Source: Azolla caroliniana (Eukaryota; Plantae; Polypodiophyta). Taken from it: a stretch of DNA of 64,000 nt. The notes beneath the pieces were generated by a model, which was not told the origin of the DNA, searched no databases, and saw nothing but the letters and a program-made list of their open reading frames with translations. Of this stretch, positions 1 to 9,317 are shown one piece after another. Location: contig JBHGNT010000006.1 in assembly GCA_043228905.1 (NCBI GenBank), forward strand, positions 434,001 to 498,000, in the 5' to 3' direction. How positions within the stretch are numbered: the stretch's first letter is position 1; each line of letters starts with the position of its first letter. A program made the position numbers and the translations under genes.

Positions 1-271
1 ATGTTCCTCAACTTGATGAGAATTTGCAATTATAAAAATACATAATAGATCTACGATTGGAGATCATTAGAAATCATGCAAGTTTAGACACGTTGATAAG
101 TTAATGTAGGCATAATAAAGTTCAACTATGGCTCAATATGTCACTACTGTGCGACAAGGGAAACACTAACTTAAAGACTTATATTAATTAGGTAAGTTTT
201 ACAAAAATATCAGGTGTACTTGTATCCATACTAATAAAATGAGTTATAATTTATACTTTGACCCATACGTG

Positions 272-546
272 CATGTATGTAATTGTGGAAAATGTAGGAT
301 AGTGCACATTAGGATAAGTGATTGGAATAACTAACTTATTAAAGTATTCAATACTTGTATTTAAAGTTGATCTAATCTATTCCTCAGTTTGTTCATATGG
401 GATCAAACCATATGTATATAATTGTGGACAATGTAAGGCAGTGAACTTTAGGATAATGTCGTGGAAATAACAAACCTATTAGGCTTTCATACCTGTATTT
501 AAAATTGATCTACTCTATTGCTTAGGTGATTCACACAGGATCAAAC
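272..546. repeat. Diverged ~137-bp tandem duplication downstream of the MTase gene
   Basis: The block catgtatgtaattgtggaaaatgtag...gttgatctaatctatt...ggatcaaac (~272-408) recurs as catatgtatataattgtggacaatgtaag...attgatctactctatt...ggatcaaac (~409-546). Confidence 0.7.
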
Positions 547-939
547 TCCGAACGATAACGCAACTGGAACCATTATCAACACACGACACAATCTAAGCAG
601 CAATGGAATAGAAACATAATAGTTTTAACAATAGAAGACAAAGATCCATAATAACAACATGGACAGTCATGGCAACAATTATAGGGCCATGTTCTGTTAA
701 GGTTAGCTTGGACCAAAATCAGCCTCAATTTAAACTAGTTCATGTTTCTCCATAAATTTGGTAGTCATCTATGCACGCGGTGAAACCAATGTCATAAATC
801 TACTAACCATGTATATAAAAATAAAATTGAAACATATAGAAGATTATAAAGAATAGAATACACTAGGTAAAACCCAAAATTTGTATTAATAATGTGAAAT
901 CCTAACAAATCGTCAGTGTCATTTTCTTCATAGAGTCTA

Positions 940-3900
940 TTACATAGCAATCAATTCATCAACGTCATTTTCTTCATCATCTTGTGTAGAACTGTCTTCG
1001 GCTATACGTGCATTGGTTTCCCCTGTTAGCCGAGCCAACGAAATATCTTCTATAAGCTCATCATCAAGCTCTATTAGCTCCCCCGGTTCGCCGGCTAACG
1101 GAGGAATAGGCTCTCGCGAAGCAGGTTGAAACCTTTCTGTATTGGCGAGGTTCTTTGCACCGACCTCCTCATCCTGGTCTGGGCACTCCCACAAAGCCTT
1201 AATCCGCATATTAATAAATATAACTTGGTCCTTGTCCTTCTCCAATGCAACTGTATTTCTAAAAAGCTTCAATGCACATGCAGACGTAGTTCCTGTGATG
1301 TAAGTAACAAGAAGATTTAGTTGTCAAACGAAAAAAAAAAGGGATTGGTTATCTCAAGATCGTTACCCTAGTTCGAGGAATACCTGTGCCAGAAAAGAGA
1401 TCTAATATCCAGTCTCCTTCGACAAAAAACATCTCGATCAAGCGTATCATAAGTCGTTGAGGTTTTTGGTATGGGTTGACAAGTCCCCGTTCTGTCGTGG
1501 TGACATGTCGCAATTTCCGTGTCACTGCTGGATATACCAACAGATTTGAACCTCCCACTTCATTAGAATGCTCCTTGATTCTCTGTTTCTTAATTTCATC
1601 GAAGTAGCCAACCGTTATGTATTCAATGGCATTAACGAACCGAAAAGTTGGCCCTCTATTTACATTGGTCTTGATCCTATAAAAAATAATACATCGAGTT
1701 AAGAATAGATTGAACAACCTTAAGAAATGCAATATAGTGAAAGACACCTATAAATAATCCTTACCATGCAAGGTTCTCGATGCCATGGCAATGAGATCTC
1801 AAAGCTTGAGCTACCGAGTACCCTTGGTCCATACTATGAAAGACAACTATTCGCCACAAGGATGCGGTCGTTAGCTCAGCGAAATCCTTGACCATCTTCT
1901 CAAATTGTTTAAACCTAAACGGTTCATCGTCGTATGATGACCCAGCCATTCGAAATCTGTAAGGAATATCCGCAATCATTAGCGTATATTCCTTCTTTGG
2001 CACCTTTTGGATCAAGTCGACGACATCACCACAAACCAAATTGTAGTAAAGATCTCTCGTAATATCTTTTTTGTGGCTAAATTTTTTAAAGGAGCCATCT
2101 TCCTCCATTTCGTACGCCTTGACTAAGCGACGATCCTTTTCTTTTCTGGCTTGCTCGAGATGTGCAAGGAAGGATGTAGGGAAATCGTGTATATCCTTAA
2201 CTTCTCCTTGTTTCTTGCCTCGACGCGGTTTCTAATAGAAGCAAGAGGACATCAGGTATTATTATACAAGCTCTACATATGATAAAAGGGTAATGAAAAA
2301 CCATCAATACTAACCCAATCCTTGAATGCAATAAAATACTCTGATAACGCCTTATATGAAGACGTTAGAGGATAATCCTCGGTCACTTGTTCCCAAGTTA
2401 AACATCCAAGTTGTTTCATCATAACTTCTTGGATCTTCATGTACACCTTATGACTGTAAAATTAGAAATCAAGATTAGAACTTTGAATTACACCAGATAG
2501 ACTACAATTTCAGTATTTGAAAGACTTACTTATTGAACTCAGTGACCATTTCTTCAAGGCTTAAATATTTCGCCACAACCCTTGACAAAACAGACACAAG
2601 AAGCTGCTCGTCCTTAATACCTTGCATCGCTCTCCATAGAGACAGCTTCATGTCGTCTGCCGCTTCTTCAATTGTCAAGTCAATTTTCTTGGCAGCTTGT
2701 CACTTTAACTCTAGTTGAGGGTCAACCTTACATTTCTTTTGTCGTTGACCCTTCACCTCCTTATTCTCCCACATTGAGAAGATTTGATCTTGTAGGTCCC
2801 ATACTTCTCCATCTCTAAACGCCAATTGAAACCAGGACTCATACTTTCGAAGACCATCAGACTTAACATTATCATCTACCACAATGCCGACTTCATGCAG
2901 ACATTGACGTCGTAGGCCTGGATGTAACTTCACACCAAACTTTTGTTTCACGTCTAAATACTCGTGGTGGAAGAACCGTATACGCTCAATGGACGACATT
3001 TTCTGCCTATAGCCATTATCATTATTATGGTCCCATGCCAACAGCTTAGCCTCTTCGGTTGTGAGCCCAACATAAATTTTGCACTCGGCACACTTGAAGA
3101 AGAAAGTTGTTGGATGTTCTCTCACAAGTTGCCGACGTGCCTCTGCTGAGTGCGATCCACCAATGACAAAATAATTATATTGATCATGCTTTCTAATATC
3201 AAAATCTTCAATGGTTTCACATTCTTCAGGATCTACCATAACAATAAAAGGCACCACAGTGGCATGAGGATTAATTTTCATTTTTTTCTTGAGATTTTGA
3301 ACATGCATGCGGTGTGGCTCTCTAATCACAAGTGGTCGTTGACCTGTTTTTTCATCAATAGGGAGCCGATGGATGTGTGTTATAGGCAAATTAAACACTT
3401 GCCCTTTCTTGGCCAGTTTCCGTTGCATTAACTCTCTCCTTATCTTATTCTGCTCGGATGACAAAACACCCGAGGCCAGCTCAGCTCCTGGCGTCCCCTT
3501 ATTATCCTCCTCGTCGTTTTCACTTGTTGAATCCATGTCCGACATTTTGGTTGTCTTCTTCTTTGGTGGTCTTGACTGGACTTTGGATACCCTTTTTGTG
3601 GCCTTCAATGGGGAGGGCACTTCATCTCTTAGAGTTACATGGCCTTGTATATAAGGCCTCAAGGTAACAATAAGGTTTTGTGAGCTTTCAAGATCTTTTT
3701 TGAACGCTTCTGGACCACAAGATTCCTTTACTAAAAGGTCTTCTGAAAGGAACACTTTACGTACCCCCTTGGAGCACTCTATCATTACCAGTATGTTGGC
3801 CGAATCTGCATCTTCGTAGTCAAATCGTAGAATACGGCCATACATAAATGGGGTTTCCTTTCCAAGCTGCCCCTCCCCCTTCTTCTTTGTTGTATACAAT

Positions 3901-5188
3901 ACGACCCTTTTCTTTGAATCGACATATTGCATACACCATTCCTTGTCCGTTAGATCTCGGTCAGGAAGGTCTTCACCTCCAGTAGCGGCGACAAGTTTCT
4001 TTTGGCTAACATCAATATGTGGCTGAGATTTTGTCTCTTCGTTGAAGAGAAGCTTTTTTCCTCTCTTCATGGTCTCAAGAGCTACCTTGGTCTAGGCTTC
4101 GATTGGAGAACCCTGTATGCGAAGCTTTATTTTCTTCACTAGTTGGTCCGACAGGTTCTCAAACGACCTATTTAAGAAAGTATATGCAAAAACATAAGTT
4201 AGGTGGTCACGTAGATTAAGGTTGTATATTAAAATATAAATATTAAGATGAAGAACAGTTCTCACTAGCAGTCCCATATTCAAAAATCTATTCTAGGCAG
4301 GGCTATTCAACCTAGAAAATATATATCGTAATAAGTAAACAGGGTTATATATTCTTTTAAAGACTAGTTATGACTTATATAGATTCCAAACCTATATTGA
4401 GGAGAATTTTCTATCGTAAAGGCAATTTAGGGATCATTTTCTACTATTTTAAGCTAAAGTAGGTCATAAAACACCTATAATTAGGGCATGTTTTTTCCTA
4501 AAAGTAAGGAAAGTCAACATAAAAAAGACGGATTTTGACAGACAATTTGATATCTTTTCCACACAATAATTAATTGTTACCCCAAAAACACAATTTTTCT
4601 CTCTCAGAGCCTTCTTTTATACAGGAACTCGATACGGCGTATCAAGTTCCTGTTTAAATCCTAAACTTTAAACAGGAACTTGATACGGCGTATCGAGTTC
4701 GTGTTTAAAACCTAAACTTTAAACATGAACTCGATACGCCATATCGAGTTCCTGTTTAAAATCCAAACTTTAAACAGGAACTCGATACGCCGAGTTCCTG
4801 TATACAATACAAACTTTATACAGGAATTCGATACGCCGTATCGAGTTCATAATTTATTTTTGCTTTTTAAACAGGAACTCGATACGGCGTATCGAGTTCC
4901 TGTTTAATGTTTAGGTTTTAAACACGAACTCGATACGCCGTATCGAGTTCGTGTTTAAAGTGTAGATTTTAAACAGGAACTCGATACGCCGTATCGAGCT
5001 CCTATTTAAAAAGCAAAAACAAACTATGAACTCGATACGCCGTATCGAGTTCCTGTATAAAGTTTGTATTGTATACAGGAACTCGATACGGCGTATCGAG
5101 TTCTTGAGCGACGAAACATATTTACAAAAATGTCCACAGTGTCAGAGGCCTACCTGGAGTCCTCGCGCTCGATTCTCTTTGAAGACAT
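940..5188 (-). pseudogene. ParB/Srx-like domain fused to a beta-class N6-adenine/N4-cytosine DNA methyltransferase; spliced, with 2 premature stops
   Basis: Exons 5188-5154, 4167-2530, 2453-2315, 2231-1765, 1676-1384 and 1292-940. All five introns are GT..AG and frame-consistent (2925 nt total). Motifs in beta order: LVCGDVVDLI..TLMIADIPY (motif IV), W-IK-TN..RF..AIEYITV, YQKPQRLMIRLIEMF..GDWILDLFSGTGTTSACALKLFRNTVALEKD (motif I onward). ParB-like segment LPITHIHR..REP..HVQNL..VPFIV..YFVIGGSHSAEARRQL. In-frame stops TAG (4092-4094) and TGA (2700-2702). Confidence 0.85.
4621..5107. repeat. Array of ten 33-bp palindromes (ACAGGAACTCGATACG-S-CGTATCGAGTTCCTGT) with 18-bp AT-rich spacers, 51-bp period, inside intron 1 of the MTase gene
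   Basis: Units start at 4621, 4672, 4723, 4774 (5-bp deletion), 4820, 4871, 4922, 4973, 5024 and 5075. The 16-bp arms of the consensus are exact reverse complements. Confidence 0.97.
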
Positions 5189-5225
5189 GGTTGATCGTGT
5201 GGCAGTGGAGGCGGAGATCGCGCTT

Positions 5226-5308
5226 TGGTGCTTTGTGCTCTGTGTGCTTTGTGTGCTTTGTGTGCTCTGTACGTTCTGTGTTCTCTGTACGCTCTGTACG
5301 CTCTTGTG
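5226..5308. repeat. 9-bp minisatellite (tgtgctttg / tgtacgctc type) in the predicted 5' UTR of the MTase gene
   Basis: About 9 degenerate tandem copies lie between the TATA box and the predicted ATG at 5188. Confidence 0.8.
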
Positions 5309-5330
5309 AGTGAAATATGACGAGGTCTTC

Positions 5331-5740
5331 CTATTTATAGGGATTGACCACATTGGTTAAAGTAACCATAGTCACCTTAACCAAGGTTGGTAAGTTTGAG
5401 GATAGTTAGTTGGTAACCACAGTCACATTAACTAGAGTAACTTATGATTGCATTAATGATTACAAAGTCAAACTAACATATTGATCAATCTTTTATAGTC
5501 ATAACAACCTGCAATGACTTCAAAGGTCATGAAGGAGACAATGATAGAGGTTCATGAATGTACCAATGATTGATTACTAAAAGCAACAATTTTAATGACT
5601 CTCAAATGCTGTGTATTAAAGATGTTGGCATGAATTAACCAATGATTGATAAGTCTAATATTTAAAATGGTTAGCATTAAAGAACCAATGAGTGAGACGT
5701 TCTATATCAAAATGGGTGCCATTAATTAGCCAATGATTTT
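5331..5740. promoter_or_regulatory. Probable divergent promoter region: minus-strand TATA box plus clustered CCAAT boxes
   Basis: CTATAAATAG on the minus strand at 5331-5340. CCAATGA at 5563, 5639, 5685 and 5730. The region lies between two head-to-head genes. Confidence 0.5.
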
Positions 5741-6025
5741 AACATCAAACCAACATATTCATGGCTTATTAATGATTAGATTTATATTATACTTGATTTA
5801 ACTTCATATAGATGTAGTTTATATAATATTTGATATTTTAAGTACAATTACTTTATTAAAAATAAAATTTTGATGTATTGTATTAATAGAATATTACATA
5901 ATATAGACATTCTATTGATTTGGCTTTTGTTTAGAGAGAACTTTATGTTTAGAGAGGAGCTTATTAGTTTTTTTCCTTACCCCCCTAAGCACATAACTTA
6001 CAGAGCCCTATCTAGACCTTAAGCC

Positions 6026-8807
6026 ATGAGTGAAGATTCACCGTTCTTGATTGAAGAATATTGTTTGTCATCAGACTCATCGTTTTCTACTGAAGAGTAT
6101 TGTTTGTCAACAGAGTCACCATATTCGATTGAAGAATATTGTCTGTCGACCGACTCACCATATTCTATTGAAGAATATTGTCTGAGCTCATCTACAGGGA
6201 ATGTAAATAATGACACATGTGAAGAGTTCTCTATTGAAGAATATGATATTAATAAAGATACGGAGAATGAAGGTAGTGCCCAAGAAACATTGAATAACAT
6301 TGGCGATGGTCACAACAGAGAATTAGACTGTAACAAGGTTACACCAACCTCTATGCAGGAAGAGAAATCTGGGAGCCCTATGCATATTAGAAGAATCCCA
6401 CGAAGAATTCGTCTGGCTAGATTTAGCTTGGTGACATTAGATAAACAGATTGGATTTGATGTCAAAAAAATATGTTGTGCCCGTGGTTGTATGTCTATGA
6501 TTGGAAAATCAAAGTTGCGAGAATTAAGGCGATACTATTTTTCGATGACCGGTGATGAGCAAGACACTTACCTCGGGTCACATATGCAACTAGTATCTGA
6601 CAAATGTACGGGGATCAAAGTATCATTCGAGTATTATATCTTCCATGCGCAACAGATATGTAGAGTTGCATTCAAAATTGCGTTATGTGTTAGTAACATG
6701 CGGCTACATAGAGTACAACAACGTCTACTTAGCGGGGATCAGATGCTCAATTGTAAAGAGGTTCCAAGTATGAAAGGTGCAATTGGAAGACATGCTATTG
6801 GTTGGATGAAAACTTACTTTCAGTTAAATTGTGAAGTAATGCCCACTACAGGTAGGATGCATCTTTCTGATAATTATACACATCGGGAAGTTTATGATGT
6901 CTATCGATCTGATATGCTGGGCTCACGTAATAAGTCTATCACCTATAGCCAATTCACAAGATTATGGAGAGCTCGGTTTTCAAATATTATTATTCCTCGT
7001 AAAGTACGTATGGGGTATTGCTCCATTTGTGCAAATCTTAAAAGTTTGGCTAAAGGTGCAAAGACATCAATGGAAAAAGGATACGAGTAAGAAGTTACTA
7101 CAAGAGCATCGTGAGGCACAATCCTTAGAACGAAAGAAGGCTATGCATCATAGAGAGAAGTGTTTGAAGAGGCTCGAACAATACATGTGCTTAATGATAG
7201 ATGGCATGGACCAGAAGAAGACATGCTTGCCGCATATGCGGAGGCTCCCCAAAGATGTCAATGATGAGTGCCTTGTTCAAATGCACTTGGTGGGATGCTT
7301 GGCTTATAATAGGTCTTTTCGACCTCACGTCTTCATTACTTACCCCAATGTTCACAATGACCCTAACCTAACAGTTACAGTGATTCACCGAGTTTTGATG
7401 TCTTGGGGCCAACCTTTCCCCCCTATTCTATACATTCAATTGCACAATACTGCTAGAGAGAACAAAAATTCAACTGTATTTGGCTATCTAAGTATGTTGG
7501 TCAACCTAGAATTGTTTAGGAAAGTGAAAGTCAATTTCCTTTTGGTTGGCCACACACATGACCATATAGATCAGATGTTTAGCACATTCTCCAGACAATT
7601 GTCTCGGCATGATGCTTTCACTTTACCTAAACTATTTGATGTCATTTGTGATGCTTATACACCACGCCCAAAAGTGTTACACTTGAAGGGGGTATATGAC
7701 TTTAAGAGATATATATTAGATGGGGGTGGTGGGAATGTTAAAGTGCTTGCTCAGTTAAACAATATAAGTTTCAATCACATTTTTATGATAAAGAAAAATG
7801 GAATAAGTGGTTCTACACTTTTGTATGCTAAACAATATTCATCTTCTACAACATGGGAACCTAAAGGTGGTTGCCAGTTATTACTTTGTATGCCGAGTAC
7901 AATTGTCCATGGAGCTAAGCAAATGCCAATTGAGAAGAAAGGACAGTTGCAGAGCGACTTGGTATCAGAACAAAAACGGTCATGGCTCTAAGCCTTAGAA
8001 GAAAAAAGAAAGCATATTGAGGCCGCCAAGAAATATGCCGCACAACAAGACACGTCATGGTGGGATGTATTTTATAGTGATCAGAAAGAAATTATAGACA
8101 ATTGTGTATCTGTTGATAATTGGAATTTGGAAACGCCATTCACATGGTCGCTGCAACATGATCGCGTAAATAGAACTCCGGAGCAACTAGTAAATGCAAT
8201 TAATGACAGCTTGGTCCATCCACAACAAAGAGACATTTATGTGGGACCAAGGATGACCAAAGCAGCCGAAGCTAGATGGCAAGGCAATTTGCAAGAGCTC
8301 ACCGCGGGGATGTTGATTGCAACGCCGGTTGATGAGAACTCACATGGCCACCAATTTTGGGTTGGTAAAATTCTAGAAGTGCTAATGCATGAAATAGAAA
8401 ACACGATTAAGTCTATAAATGTTCATTGGTACAACACTAGAAGTGCAAATGCTTTTATAGGTAAGTATACATTGGAGATGATTGAATGCCCAACAAGAAG
8501 GGGAGGTAGGAAGAGGAAGCGAAACATTCGTAACACCTCGACCCTTGATATCTCTGATGTGGATATCATCGTGTACGACTTCACACTTACAAAAGCCGGA
8601 CGATTAAGGAAGTCAACAATAGATATAATAAAAGAAAAATTACCAAGTCTACAAGGTGGCTCGAGTCAAAGGCAAACGAGATCTACTACATATAATCTAG
8701 AGTCAAACCATTTGGTTTACAACGAAGATAATGCACTGATTGGTACATCCGAGGATGATGAGGAGGAATCGTCATTGTATATTAGTTATAGTAGTGATTC
8801 TCCGTAA
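6026..8807 (+). pseudogene. Cys-rich DDE/DDD-type transposase-like protein (Sola1-like / DUF7869-like), disrupted
   Basis: Three ORF-track pieces join into one ~925-codon gene via a frameshift near 7075-7085 and an in-frame TAA at 7989-7991. Motifs CCxxxC, ICRxAF, FxxLW, CxxC, IDGMDQ, LYIQL(H)NTARENKN (H where a catalytic D is expected) and FLLVGHTHDHIDQMFS. The family name is recalled from motifs, not searched. Confidence 0.75.
6035..6190 (+). repeat. Four 39-bp coding repeats (DSPYSIEEYCLST-like) at the transposase N-terminus
   Basis: Translation: DSPFLIEEYCLSS / DSSFSTEEYCLST / ESPYSIEEYCLST / DSPYSIEEYCLSS. Confidence 0.9.
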
Positions 8808-9161
8808 AGGAGTGATCATGAATGTATATTTGGCTATTAAGTGTAACTACATTCCGCTTGTAACAAATCGAGTAATATAAAAGCATGTGTTTTGAATTCT
8901 TATGATTTCTAAAAAATCGTTTCTTATAAAATAACATTGGTTGTAAAGTTTGTGATATAAATTGAGAATGTATCTTTTTGAAATTCGTCTTTTTTTAGTT
9001 ACTTCTAAATCACGAAAATAATGGATTTTTAACCTTTTTCATAGTATGTTTGAACATGTATGATACTGGTATCAATGTGTTTTGTAAAATCATTGAAAAA
9101 CCCCTAAAATTTCCCTTATCCTTCCATTTATGCACGATCCTTCCACTTGTGGACGCAAACG

Positions 9162-9317
9162 TGTTTAAACACATACGATGTACAAACTGAGTAGTATTCT
9201 TTGAATTGAGTTTCTATGTGCTCTCTCTCTGTCTCTCCCGCGTACGGTTAAGCTCTCCATTAAACCTGTTCTCTGGTTTCTATTTTCTATTGCTTCCGCA
9301 CGCTATTTGTTTCTACA
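9162..9317 (+). mobile_element. 3' part of a copia LTR (related to the family C LTR at 32328-32720)
   Basis: Shares ctctctctgtctctcc.gcgta..aagctctccattaaacctg...ttgcttccgcacgcta..tttctaCA with 32610-32720. Confidence 0.75.

Larger units (their letters stand above)
1..9161. mobile_element. Putative large DNA transposon carrying a transposase-like gene and a ParB-methyltransferase gene; left end outside the window
   Basis: Divergent transposase-like and ParB-MTase genes. At ~9161/9162 the sequence switches abruptly into the 3' half of a copia LTR homologous to 32541-32720. No TIR pair or TSD is visible because the left end is missing. Confidence 0.6.

Noticed and set aside
4621-5107. CRISPR array
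   Set aside because: It has a repeat-spacer look, but the spacers are only 18 bp, AT-rich and copies or inversions of each other. The repeats are full palindromes, no cas genes are present, and the context is a eukaryotic intron.
4621-5107. Canonical bacterial parS sites
   Set aside because: The sequence does not match the 16-bp TGTTTCACGTGAAACA consensus. Only a functional analogy is proposed.
940-5188. Bacterial contamination as the source of the methyltransferase
   Set aside because: The gene has five frame-preserving spliceosomal introns and a TATA box, and it is contiguous with plant retrotransposons.
4725-5353. Short ORFs 4725-4907, 5026-5313, 5064-5309 and 5150-5353
   Set aside because: They are by-products of the palindrome array and the 9-bp minisatellite. 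Only 5188-5154 is used, as predicted exon 1.
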